From Candidatus Limnocylindrales bacterium (GTDB lineage: Bacteria > Chloroflexota > Limnocylindria > Limnocylindrales > CSP1-4): 64,000 bases of DNA. The notes beneath the pieces were generated by a model that made no database searches, had not been told where the DNA came from, and worked only from the letters and a program-made list of their open reading frames with translations. Below, in pieces: positions 55,702 through 64,000 of this stretch; position 1 is the stretch's first letter, and each line of letters opens with the position of its first letter. Both the position numbers and the translations under genes were made by a program. The stretch covers positions 4,492 through 68,491 of the forward strand of contig DATLGJ010000021.1 in the NCBI GenBank assembly GCA_035540555.1, read 5' to 3'.

Positions 55702-57570
55702 TCAGGGTTTGGTGGTGATCGTTATCGGCGGCGACAGAGCACTCCTGCGGCCGGCCGAGTCGATCGCCCGCACCTGGTAGGTGAACGTGTTGACCTTGTT
55801 GCGCTGGTCGATGAACGTCAGTGCCGTCTGCTTCGTGCCAATGGCCTTGCCGTTACGGAACACCCGATAGTGGATGGGCCCGGCCGCACTGGACGAGCTC
55901 GCGTGCCACGTCAGCTTGACCACGAAGCCGGTTTCGGCCGTGGCCGTGAGCGCCTGCGGGACCGTTGGGCCGGTGTTCTGGCCGGGGTTGGTGCTTCCGG
56001 AGCTACCCGCCACCAGGACCGACGAGACGGTTACGGCCGCCGACAGCGCGCTCTTGTTGCCGGCCGCGTCGATGGCCCGGACCTGGTACTTGAAGGTGGC
56101 AGCCGCCAAGTGCTGGTCGGTGAAGGTCGTCGCTGTCTGCTTGGTCCCGATGGCAACGCCGTCGCGGAAAACGCGGTACCTGACCGTGCCCGCCGCTGCC
56201 GACACGCTGGCGTTCCAGGAGAGCTTCACGACGAAGTTGTCATGGGCGGTGGCCGCCAGACCCTGCGGCACGCTCGGTGCGGCGGCCGGCGCCGTTGTAG
56301 GCGAAGGTGACGGGCTGGCGCTGGGCGAAGGTGACGGCGATGCTGTCGGCACCGTCACCTGGACGCTGACCGGCGGCGTGGACAGATCGCTCTTGTTGTC
56401 CGCCGCGTCGATTGCCCGCACCTGGTAGCTGTACGTGCCCGACTTCGACGGCCTGTCGACATAGGTACGCGCCGTCTGCTGGCTGCCGATGGCGGAGCCG
56501 TTGCGAAACACGCGGTACCTGATCGTGCCGGCAACGGTCGCGGTGCTCGCGTTCCAGGCCAGCGACACGGCGCCGGTCGCATCGGCTGACGCGATCAGGC
56601 CGGTGGGCACGCTCGGCGGGCTGGACGGGGGCGGCACGACTTCAGTCGGCGGCTGCCCGCCGGACCACTCGCTGGTTGTCATCTCCAGGGTGCCGCTGAG
56701 TGCCCGCAGGAAGCCGCTCGTCGAGTGCGGATCGAGATGGTTCCTGAAACCGGGCATGCGGCCGGAGTCGAGCCGACGGTTGTCCCAGCCAAGGAAGCCC
56801 GACGAGGGGCTGCTGCCCGAGCCGCGCGTCATGAAGATCTCGTCCATGGTCTTGGTCGTGGTGAAGAGCTGGTCGACGATGCTGTTGACCGACTGCCAGC
56901 CGTAGGCAAAGACGGCTCGCGCGCCGACCGCCAGGAAGGCGGCGGCATAGTTGTCCACGCGCTGATGGGCGACGCTCCAGGTGGGGATGGGCATGCTCGG
57001 CTCGCCGTTGCCCTCTGCATAGCAGAGCCCGTTGAGCAGGACCACCGCGTTCTGGGCCAGGGTGACGTTACTGCGGATCCAGTTGCCACCGTGGTAGGCC
57101 ACGTCGTTCTGCGACCCGCCCTCGACGGCATTCAGGCCGATGCCATTCTTGGTTCGTTCCTGGAACGGCGCATATGGGCTGGGCCAGCCGTTGCCATGAC
57201 CCAAATAGGCGACGATGTTGGCCCCCTGGATGTTGTTCAGCACGCGCTGGGGTGTGGCCCTCGGATGGAAAACGCGTCGAACGTCCATGCCGTACTTCTC
57301 GCCGGTCTGGGCCAGCGTCTCTCCACGCGAGAGATAGCTGCTGGTCGAGCTGTGTGTCGGTCCAACGATGACGACCATCTTCAGCCGGGCAGCGTTCTGC
57401 GGCTGGCCATCGGTGCCAGCGCCGGCAACCGGCGCGGCTTGAGCGGCGGCCGGGCCGACGGCGGTGGCAAGGAGCGCGATGACGACGGCGGCCACCAGCA
57501 GCACGAGTCGTGACTGGCGCAGATCGGCAGCATGTCGAACGGCGATGGACTGCATCTCCCTCTCTCTCAT
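55702..57570 (-). CDS. secreted protein: N-terminal His/Cys-dyad (clan-CD-peptidase-like) domain plus three fibronectin type III domains
   Basis: The signal peptide reads LVLLVAAVVIALLATAVGPAAAQA. The N-terminal domain has IVAYLGHGNG (H125) and AVVLLNGLCYAEG (C183). Pro/Ser linkers follow. Three FN3-like units of about 90 aa then occur (..LSWNAS....RYRVFR-G..IG....T.F.D.......Y.VRAID.AGN.S..S). Confidence 0.7.
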   Translation of the reverse strand: MREREMQSIAVRHAADLRQSRLVLLVAAVVIALLATAVGPAAAQAAPVAGAGTDGQPQNAARLKMVVIVGPTHSSTSSYLSRGETLAQTGEKYGMDVRRVFHPRATPQRVLNNIQGANIVAYLGHGNGWPSPYAPFQERTKNGIGLNAVEGGSQNDVAYHGGNWIRSNVTLAQNAVVLLNGLCYAEGNGEPSMPIPTWSVAHQRVDNYAAAFLAVGARAVFAYGWQSVNSIVDQLFTTTKTMDEIFMTRGSGSSPSSGFLGWDNRRLDSGRMPGFRNHLDPHSTSGFLRALSGTLEMTTSEWSGGQPPTEVVPPPSSPPSVPTGLIASADATGAVSLAWNASTATVAGTIRYRVFRNGSAIGSQQTARTYVDRPSKSGTYSYQVRAIDAADNKSDLSTPPVSVQVTVPTASPSPSPSASPSPSPTTAPAAAPSVPQGLAATAHDNFVVKLSWNASVSAAAGTVRYRVFRDGVAIGTKQTATTFTDQHLAAATFKYQVRAIDAAGNKSALSAAVTVSSVLVAGSSGSTNPGQNTGPTVPQALTATAETGFVVKLTWHASSSSAAGPIHYRVFRNGKAIGTKQTALTFIDQRNKVNTFTYQVRAIDSAGRRSALSPPITITTKP

Positions 57571-57902
57571 TCCGGCAGTTGCTGGGGCACGCCCGGAAAA
57601 CGCACCTGGTGACTTGCCGCCAGCGTCGCGGCGCGAGGGTTCATGGCCAATGCCGATTTGGTCACCGTCCGGCTAGCCCCATCGGCGGGCGGTTTGACGG
57701 CCCGGCGGGCCGCCGCGGCGTTGCAGGCGGCCCCGCTACGGGTGTGCTTGACGCGGGAGCAGTGCGCTGAGGTGTGAACGGATGCACTGGGCGGTACTGG
57801 TCCGCGACCACCCGCCGGTAATGGCGCTGACAGGCTGCAACACGTAGCGACCACGTAGCCGGTCCCAGTGCGCGCGGACTGATTCCCCGGTGAACGCTAC
57901 CC

Positions 57903-58418
57903 TTGCGCCCGGTGGTCGAGCCGCATCCCGAGCCCGGGAACCCTGACGCAGCCCCCGCTGCCTCGCCGCCGTCCGGTCGGCGCAGGCTTCATCCGGCGCT
58001 GCCCTGGGTGGTGGCCGTCGCCGCTTTGCTGCTGTTGGCCGGCATCGCCGGTCTGGGCACGGCCTATCTGGTCGCCAACCTGAGCGCCGCCCCCTCGCCC
58101 GATGCGGCCTTCCTGCCCACGCCCACGCCACCATCGACGCCGACAGTCCCGCCGACCCCCGCCACGACCGACCCTGCGCCTGAGCCGACTGGCGCCCCGA
58201 CGGCGGAGCCCTCGCCGGAGCTGACGCCAGAGCCGAGCCCCGGCGCGACACCGCTCGAGTACGTGGTCCAGCGCGGAGATTCGATCGGCCGGATCGCCCT
58301 CCGCTTCGGCGTTACGCCGGAGTCGATTGTCGAGCTGAATCAGCTGCGCAACCCGAACCGGATATTTCCCGGGCAGGTGCTGCTCATCCCCGAGGGATCC
58401 GCTACACCCTCCCCCTGA
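57903..58418 (+). CDS. membrane-anchored LysM-domain protein
   Basis: One TM helix (WVVAVAALLLLAGIAGLGTAYLV) is followed by a Pro/Thr-rich linker. The C-terminal LysM domain reads YVVQRGDSIGRIALRFGVTPESIVELNQLRNPNRIFPGQVLLIP. Confidence 0.85.
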   Translation: MRPVVEPHPEPGNPDAAPAASPPSGRRRLHPALPWVVAVAALLLLAGIAGLGTAYLVANLSAAPSPDAAFLPTPTPPSTPTVPPTPATTDPAPEPTGAPTAEPSPELTPEPSPGATPLEYVVQRGDSIGRIALRFGVTPESIVELNQLRNPNRIFPGQVLLIPEGSATPSP

Positions 58419-58465
58419 TCGCTGCGACCGGCACATGACGGAGGTCCGGCGCCCGACAAAGAGAA

Positions 58466-58492
58466 GCCGCCCGGCACTTCGTGCCGGGCGGC
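58466..58492 (-). terminator. intrinsic terminator after the GlsB-like gene (shared with the convergent LysM gene)
   Basis: The stem is a perfect 12 bp: gccgcccggcac (58466-77) and gtgccgggcggc (58481-92), with a 3-nt loop. On the minus strand it is followed by uucucuuugu. Confidence 0.7.
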
Positions 58493-58514
58493 TGTCAAGT
58501 TCTCCCCAGCAGGG

Positions 58515-58781
58515 TCAGGCCCTGCTGCGGTTCCCCACCACCATCCGGGCGATCGCGATGACGATGACCGCGCCGATCACGGCGACCACGAACCCGGCGA
58601 TGCTGAACGCATCGGGGCTTTCGCCCGTCAGCGCCTGAGCAAGGAACCCGCCGATCACGGCACCGACGATGCCCAGCACGATCGTGGCGATCGTGCCCAG
58701 ACCGGTACCGCCCATGAGCACGCCGGCCAGCCAGCCAGCCAGCCCGCCGACGATGATCCAGGCGATGATGTTGATCAACAT
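58515..58781 (-). CDS. GlsB/YeaQ/YmgE-family (transglycosylase-associated) small membrane protein
   Basis: The sequence reads MLINIIAWIIVGGLAGWLAG...IVGAVIGGFL. There are three Gly-rich TM helices. A GGGAGG RBS precedes ATG 58781. Confidence 0.8.
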   Translation of the reverse strand: MLINIIAWIIVGGLAGWLAGVLMGGTGLGTIATIVLGIVGAVIGGFLAQALTGESPDAFSIAGFVVAVIGAVIVIAIARMVVGNRSRA

Positions 58782-58900
58782 CCTTTGGCTACCTCCCTTC
58801 CCACGTTGAAGCGGCCCGTCATAGGCCGCTTGGGAGAAGTTTCGCGCGTCTGGCAAGCCCCGTCGACCCCGGTTTGCAGCGGGCTGCTATCAGTTCCGTC

Positions 58901-59815
58901 TCAGGGAGCCGGAACGAGCGTCCGGTTGGGGGCCTCGGTGGGCGTGTTGCCGGGCGACTCCCCCGGCTCGAGCGTGGGGCCAGTGGTGTAGTCGGTGATC
59001 ACGAGGACGTACTCGAGTCGCTCCAGCGGCGCGGCCGGCACCAGCAGCGCCGACTGGACGACCTCGGCCGGCGGGCGCTGGACGTCTACGACGGTGCCGA
59101 TCAAAAGCCCCCGCGGGAAGGGCGAGCGGATACCGCCACCCAGGTCGATGCCGGCCGTGATGACGGAGTCACCGACGCTGATCTCCTCCGTCGCCGGGAT
59201 GTTGGACATGGCCAGCGGCCGGTCGAGCTGACCCGTCACCAGCCCCGTCGACCGCGTCTCCTCGTCGAGGCCGACCACCCGAAACCGCGAATCGTTGAGC
59301 AGGTGGACATGGCTGAAGCCGGTGCCGACGGCCACCACCTGGCCGACCAGCGCACCACCGCCGGCGATCACGACGTCGCCCTCGCGAACGCCCGTCTCGG
59401 CACCGCGACCGAGGGTGACCACTCGCTCGCCGGTGGTCAGGCGGCGGCTGATGACCTCCGCCGCGACGGTGTTGTAGCCGAGCGACGCGCGAACCTTCAG
59501 CAGCTCTGCGAGCTGCTCGTTCTGCCGGCGAATGCTCTCCAGCTGGCGGTTCTCGAGCTCCAGCTCCTGGGCACGCTGGCTCAACTCGGCGTTGAGTACT
59601 CGCAGCCGCTCGATCTCGCCGATGGCGGCGAAGATGGACGTGACCTGGCGGGTGCCGTCTCGCAGCGCGCCCTGGATGGGAGCGACCGCGAAACCGACCC
59701 CTCGTCGCAGCTCGAGCAGGGGCTCAGATGCGCTGAAGGCGAGCAGCAGCAGGGTGATCGCGACCAGGACGGCGTAGATGGCTCCCCTGCGGCGGGCTGA
59801 TGGCGACGAAAGCAT
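58901..59815 (-). CDS. mreC: rod shape-determining protein MreC
   Basis: An N-terminal TM helix is followed by a coiled coil (ELELENRQLESIRRQNEQLAELL) and beta-barrel domains (GDVVIAGG..GQVV; GDSVITAG). It lies immediately downstream of mreB. Confidence 0.85.
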   Translation of the reverse strand: MLSSPSARRRGAIYAVLVAITLLLLAFSASEPLLELRRGVGFAVAPIQGALRDGTRQVTSIFAAIGEIERLRVLNAELSQRAQELELENRQLESIRRQNEQLAELLKVRASLGYNTVAAEVISRRLTTGERVVTLGRGAETGVREGDVVIAGGGALVGQVVAVGTGFSHVHLLNDSRFRVVGLDEETRSTGLVTGQLDRPLAMSNIPATEEISVGDSVITAGIDLGGGIRSPFPRGLLIGTVVDVQRPPAEVVQSALLVPAAPLERLEYVLVITDYTTGPTLEPGESPGNTPTEAPNRTLVPAP

Positions 59816-59833
59816 CCGCTGGCGCCGGCCCGA

Positions 59834-60886
59834 TCAGCGAGGGGCGCGCGAGTAGGTCTCCGCGACGAGGGTCCGCTCCATCACGTCCAGCTCCTCGAGC
59901 GCCTTGCCGGTCCCGCGGGCCACGCACGTCAGCGGGTCATCGGCGACGTGGACCGGCATCTGGGTCGCCTCGGTAACACGCCGATCGAGCCCCTGCAGCA
60001 GGGCCCCTCCGCCGGCCAGCACGATGCCCTGATCCATGATGTCGGCGACCAGCTCGGGAGGCGTCTCCTCGATCGTGTCGCGGATGGTGTCGACGATCTG
60101 CTGGACGGATGGCTCGAGCGCCTCGCGCACCTGCTCGGCCGTGATCTCGACCGAGCGCGGGAGGCCGGTGAGCAGATCGCGACCGCGCAGAGTCACCCGC
60201 TGGTCATCCCACTCACCGGACGTCGCCGAGCCCACGGCGATCTTGATGTCCTCTGCAGTGCGCTCGCCCAGCAGCAGGTTGTACTCACGCCGGCCGAAAG
60301 CAATGATGTCCTGGTCCATCTCGTCCCCGCCGATGCGGATGCTGCGGCTGACCACGATCCCGCCGAGGCTGATCACGGCCACCTCGGTCGTGCCGCCGCC
60401 GATGTCAACGATCAGGCTGCCGGTCGGCTCCGCAACGGGAAGCCCGGCACCGATCGCGGCGGCCATCGGCTCCTCGATCAGCCGGGCCCAGCGCGCGCCG
60501 GCATTGAGCGCCGCGTCGCGGACGGCACGCTTCTCCACCTCGGTGACGCCGGATGGGATGCCGAGCAGCATGCGTGGCCGCGGGATCAGCCCGATCCGGT
60601 CGTGGACCCGGTGGACGAAGTACTTGATCATCTGCTCGGTCACGTCAAAGTCGCTGATCACGCCGTCACGCAGCGGTCGCACGGCGATGATGCTGGCCGG
60701 CGTGCGGCCGAGCATGCGCTTGGCCTCCGCGCCGATGGCGAGCACGCGCTTGGAACGGGCCTCGATGGCGACCACGCTCGGCTCGCTTATGACGATGCCG
60801 CGGTCACGAACGTGGACGAGCGTGTTGGCTGTTCCAAGGTCGATGCCGATATCGCGCGAGAACAGGCCGAGGAAGGCGTCGAGCAT
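59834..60886 (-). CDS. mreB: rod shape-determining protein MreB
   Basis: The sequence reads DIGIDLGTANTLV, EPSVVAI, PLRDGVI, DIGGGTTEVAVISLGG, and ends in the actin-fold C-terminus. The start is at ATG 60886. Confidence 0.93.
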   Translation of the reverse strand: MLDAFLGLFSRDIGIDLGTANTLVHVRDRGIVISEPSVVAIEARSKRVLAIGAEAKRMLGRTPASIIAVRPLRDGVISDFDVTEQMIKYFVHRVHDRIGLIPRPRMLLGIPSGVTEVEKRAVRDAALNAGARWARLIEEPMAAAIGAGLPVAEPTGSLIVDIGGGTTEVAVISLGGIVVSRSIRIGGDEMDQDIIAFGRREYNLLLGERTAEDIKIAVGSATSGEWDDQRVTLRGRDLLTGLPRSVEITAEQVREALEPSVQQIVDTIRDTIEETPPELVADIMDQGIVLAGGGALLQGLDRRVTEATQMPVHVADDPLTCVARGTGKALEELDVMERTLVAETYSRAPR

Positions 60887-61031
60887 GAGCGGGGTGTGCC
60901 TCTGGCGTGGATGGTCCGACTGGCGCCACGCCGGCGGTCGCGGTCGGCCGACGAAGGCGCTCGCAGTGTATAACGATCGACCCACCGGGCCGGTCCGACC
61001 ACCGGCGACCGCATGGCGAGCGGGCTGCCGG

Positions 61032-61808
61032 TCAGCGCCGCGTGGTGGGACGATCGAAGGCGACACCCCGGTCGCGCAGGCTGACGTGGCCGCCGCTGGC
61101 GATGACGATGTGGTCCAAGACCGGGATGTCCAGCAGCCTGCCGGCGGCGATCGCTTCGGCGGTCAGGTGCAGGTCGTCGGGGCTGGGCTCAGGGTCGCCC
61201 GACGGGTGGTTGTGGACCACGATCAGGCCAGCCGCGTGGATGCGCACCGCGTCACGAAACAGCTCCGCCACCCGCACCAGCGCGGTTGACACGTTGCCCT
61301 GGTAGACAAGCTGCTCGCGCAGCACGACGTTGCGAGTGTTGAGCAGGAGCACACGCAGCTCTTCGCGCGGCAGGCCGGCCATCGTGGCAGCCAGCCGATC
61401 GACGACGTCGCGCGGCGAGCGGATCGACCAGCGACCCGGTCCGCGACCGGACAGGCTGCGCCGACCGATCTCGAATGCAGCGACCAGCTGGGCGGCGCGG
61501 GCGCTGCCGATCCCGGCCACCGCCGTCAGCTCCAGCGGATCCGCGTCGGCCAGCTCGGGCAAGCCGCCGTGGCGGCTGAGAAGGTGGTTGGCGAGGTCAA
61601 TCGAGGACCCGCGGGCGCCGCGCGACCCCCACAGCACGGCCAGCAGCTCACCTGCGCTCAGGCCGGCCGGACCGTGCAGCGCCAGGCGCGCGCGGGGCTG
61701 CTCGGAGACCGGCAGGTCTGCGACGCGCCCGGTTGCAACTGTGGGTTGGGGCAAGTTGAGGCAACTCCGTGCGGCGGCTGCGAGGGGGATGCCCTCGCAC
61801 CCGGACAA
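61032..61808 (-). CDS. radC: RadC-family JAMM-motif protein (UPF0758)
   Basis: An HhH-like N-terminal domain (LAVLWGSRG..., GIGSARAAQL) is followed by the JAMM motif HNHPSGDPEPSPDD. The exact start is uncertain. Confidence 0.82.
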   Translation of the reverse strand: MSGCEGIPLAAAARSCLNLPQPTVATGRVADLPVSEQPRARLALHGPAGLSAGELLAVLWGSRGARGSSIDLANHLLSRHGGLPELADADPLELTAVAGIGSARAAQLVAAFEIGRRSLSGRGPGRWSIRSPRDVVDRLAATMAGLPREELRVLLLNTRNVVLREQLVYQGNVSTALVRVAELFRDAVRIHAAGLIVVHNHPSGDPEPSPDDLHLTAEAIAAGRLLDIPVLDHIVIASGGHVSLRDRGVAFDRPTTRR

Positions 61809-61911
61809 CGGAGCCCGCCGATTTCCCCGCCGTCCGAATGCGAGAGCAGGGCCATCGTAGAACGGGCCTATTAGCCAACGGTTGGCTTCGCCTTGCCGGT
61901 CAGTTTGTGGA

Positions 61912-63030
61912 TCAGGACGGCGGGGTCATGTCCTGCGGCAGTCCCTCGGCCAGCAGCCGGCCGAAGTAGCCGATGCCGTTGTAGATGGCATGCGCGCCCA
62001 TGGCCGCCAGCAGCCCGCGGCGAGTGAACATCAGGCCCAGCACGACGCCGACGGGCAGGATGATCAGGATCACCCCCAGCGCCTGGCGAGCACCTTCATC
62101 GAAAGTGGTCGCCTGGATGTTGATGATGTGGAACACGGCGAAGAAGAATGAGCTTCGCGCGACGGCCGCCCGCTCGCCGAGGTCACGCAGCCAGGCGGTC
62201 AGGGCGAAGCCGCGGAAGAAGAGCTCTTCCGCTATGGGGACCAGCAGGACGGCGGCCAGGCCCACGAGCGCGAGCTGCAGTGGATCGCGAGGCGTCGGCA
62301 CCACCTGCGGCGGTGTAACGCCGAGGACCGTGAACACGATCGCCGTGACGATCAGGATGATGAGCGTGGCCGGGACCATGACCGCAGCGCCGACCAGCAC
62401 ATCCCCGAGCAGTCGGCCCGCTGTCAGCGGCCGGCGCAGATCCATGTCATGCCAGCTCAAGGCCCCCGTCCGCACCGCAAACAGCCAGATCGCGACGATA
62501 TAACCCGCCACCTGCGCGATCAGCGCCAGCGCGATGCCCGTCGGTGTCTGGATGTCGAGTCCCAGCGCTACCAGGGCCACGACGATGGCGTTGACCAGCA
62601 CGAAGAACGCGCCGAACACGATCAGTGGCGCCGGCCCGCGGTAGGCCGACGGCGGACGGTCGCGACGGGCGACCACCTGATAGCCGGCGGCGGCGGCGAG
62701 GCCTGCGGTGACCATCAGCAGGCCGGCCATCAACAGCAGCCCGCGCGCGGGAGGGTCGGCCATCGAGCCAAGGAAGGCCACCGCCACGCCGCCTCCTGAG
62801 AGCAGCCAGGCGACCAGATACAGGCCCGCCGCGGGCCGGCCCTCGAGCGAGAACGTGCCGCCACCCGGCGGCGAGCCGGTTGGCGCCTCGCTGGGCGATC
62901 CGCGCTGGGCGGCTTCGTCCGCGGGCTGCTGGCTCAGCTGCCGGCCGGCGCGCCCTTGCCGATCAGTGATCGCCCGGTGCCGCCTGGGCTCGGCCGGCGC
63001 CGCTGGTACGCGGCTGCAGTCCGCCCGCAT
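61912..63030 (-). CDS. CPBP-family intramembrane glutamic endopeptidase (CAAX protease-like)
   Basis: The motifs are EELFFRGF, FAVFH and HAIYN in a polytopic protein. The start is uncertain: the only ATG (63030) overlaps the upstream zinc-ribbon gene by 68 nt. Confidence 0.72.
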   Translation of the reverse strand: MRADCSRVPAAPAEPRRHRAITDRQGRAGRQLSQQPADEAAQRGSPSEAPTGSPPGGGTFSLEGRPAAGLYLVAWLLSGGGVAVAFLGSMADPPARGLLLMAGLLMVTAGLAAAAGYQVVARRDRPPSAYRGPAPLIVFGAFFVLVNAIVVALVALGLDIQTPTGIALALIAQVAGYIVAIWLFAVRTGALSWHDMDLRRPLTAGRLLGDVLVGAAVMVPATLIILIVTAIVFTVLGVTPPQVVPTPRDPLQLALVGLAAVLLVPIAEELFFRGFALTAWLRDLGERAAVARSSFFFAVFHIINIQATTFDEGARQALGVILIILPVGVVLGLMFTRRGLLAAMGAHAIYNGIGYFGRLLAEGLPQDMTPPS

Positions 63031-63634
63031 CGATAGCCGGCACCTCTGACTGCTCGGTGTCGGATGGGAGCGCCGGACCGCTATCCCCGGGCGAGATCGG
63101 GCGCCCGACCGGTGGCGGGACGGTCACCTCGTGCAGCAGGTCGGGGCGCTCGAAGTCCTTGCCGCACCACGCGCAGAGGGACCAATCCAGCTCGACCAAC
63201 CGGCTGCAGTTCGGGCAGACCCGACGCAGCCGGTTGCGGCAGGTGGGGCAGATGATCCAGTCCTCGTGGACCTGGCGCGAGCAGTTCGCGCAGTGCGGCT
63301 GCGACTCGATCTCGACCATCATCGCCTCTTCGGCGAGCGCCCTCTCGTTCGCCTCGGCGACCGTCTCCGACGGCCGGATGATCCGGTAGATGATGTAGCC
63401 GAAGACGAAAAAGAACGGCGTGAAGAGGATGATCAGAACCGCGGCCAGGTATGGCGCGATTGGGTTGCTGGTGCGCTGCTGCAGGTCGCGGTAGGCCCAG
63501 TAGGCGGTTGCTGCCCAGAGCGCGAACAGGTACCAGAAGATGGCCAGGATGACCAGCTGGACGGCCGGCGAGGCGAAGAACGCACCGATCTCGTCGGTCA
63601 GCCTTTGGATCAGCTGCTCGAATGCGTTGGGCAT
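62963..63634 (-). CDS. membrane protein with C-terminal double zinc-ribbon
   Basis: Two N-terminal TM helices are followed by CANCSRQV..CPTCRNRL and CPNCSRLV..CAWCGKDF, four CxxC pairs in total. Confidence 0.7.
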   Translation of the reverse strand: MPNAFEQLIQRLTDEIGAFFASPAVQLVILAIFWYLFALWAATAYWAYRDLQQRTSNPIAPYLAAVLIILFTPFFFVFGYIIYRIIRPSETVAEANERALAEEAMMVEIESQPHCANCSRQVHEDWIICPTCRNRLRRVCPNCSRLVELDWSLCAWCGKDFERPDLLHEVTVPPPVGRPISPGDSGPALPSDTEQSEVPAIDAGGLQPRTSGAGRAQAAPGDH

Positions 63635-63771
63635 CTGAAAGGAGTCTCAGTCGGTCCTGCTAGGGCCCGCGCCAAAGATCAGAGAGGGGAGCAGCGGGCG
63701 CGGCCGAGTGTAGCACCGGCCGATCGGCCACTCGGCCACAGCGACCGGCGGCCGTCCTCAGAACGCCTCGG

Positions 63772-64000
63772 TCAGCGCAACTCCTCGCTGGTCCACAGGC
63801 CGGCACGCAGCGATGACGCGATACCGGCGAGGCCCAGGCCGCCGAGCCAGACCACGGTCAGCAGAGTCGCCGTCGTCAGCAATACCGGCAATGCGGCCGG
63901 GGACAAGCCGGCGAGGAATTGCGCCCGAACCGCGCTCCAGGCCAGGCCGAGCGCCCAGCTCAGCGGGGCGAGCACGGCGAGCATGGCCAGCCAGCCGAGC
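63772..64000 (-). CDS. hydrophobic membrane protein, 5' end probably outside the window
   Basis: The frame stays open upstream of the ATG at 63984 to the window edge (..LGWLAMLAVLAPLSW..). The product is very hydrophobic. Confidence 0.35.
   Translation of the reverse strand, partial: LGWLAMLAVLAPLSWALGLAWSAVRAQFLAGLSPAALPVLLTTATLLTVVWLGGLGLAGIASSLRAGLWTSEELR

Noticed and set aside
57740-57902. A cyclic-di-AMP (ydaO-type) riboswitch upstream of the LysM gene.
   Set aside because: I could not find the conserved cores I remember for this class (ACGGGGA-type and CCCGAA/CAGCUAACC-type segments). This is only an eye inspection, so cmscan is still worthwhile.

Overview
This is a 64-kb stretch of a very GC-rich bacterial chromosome. 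Third codon positions are strongly G/C-biased, GGAGG-type Shine-Dalgarno sites are used, and many genes are coupled by ATGA/GTGA overlaps. The gene content fits Actinomycetota or Chloroflexota, but the phylum cannot be fixed without a database search. I saw no rRNA, CRISPR array, transposase, integrase or recognisable phage or defence genes.

Gene content from left to right:
- 1-3400: a partial lipoprotein, a large adenylate-cyclase/STAND-ATPase/TPR regulator with a broken frame, and tRNA-Pro(CGG).
- 3400-17200: msrB, a five-gene peptide/nickel-type ABC importer, a sarcosine-oxidase-like flavoenzyme, a frameshifted Rieske oxygenase, a CocE/NonD hydrolase, an FMN 2-hydroxyacid oxidase and an MFS transporter.
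- 17200-21700: an SDR, a three-gene membrane stress-type module whose outer proteins carry Gly/Tyr-rich low-complexity tracts, and a monocistronic secreted protein built from six tandem 67-aa repeats.
- 21900-37700: glnA, a PucR-family regulator coupled to an orphan resB-like gene, a Cys/Met PLP enzyme, a GGDEF cyclase, NDH-2, a histidine kinase, a CaCA antiporter, an AI-2E transporter, tag and tRNA-Pro(UGG).
- 37700-47700: a visibly less GC-rich accessory-looking block. It holds a TrxR-like flavoprotein, a lipoprotein interrupted by a stop codon, two small enzyme genes and a cupin, an uncharacterised secreted plus membrane gene pair, a MerR/LLM/MFS module and ppk2.
- 47700-64000: housekeeping and envelope genes. 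These are an LLM oxidoreductase, rdgB-rph-mazG, a membrane PPIase, GT1 and GT2 glycosyltransferases, a secreted His/Cys-dyad protein with three FN3 domains, a LysM protein, radC-mreB-mreC, a CPBP protease and a zinc-ribbon protein.

No clear multi-gene novel system stands out. The strongest candidates for novelty are:
- the six-repeat, one-Cys-per-repeat secreted protein at 20311-21672;
- the Gly/Tyr-repeat membrane module at 18160-20206;
- the secreted plus polytopic membrane pair at 42103-43661;
- the C-terminally anchored solute-binding protein;
- the His/Cys-dyad plus FN3 protein.

All functional calls rest on motif and family recognition by eye. No homology search, HMM search or structure prediction was run. 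Start codons were chosen from gene-boundary logic and visible RBSs.
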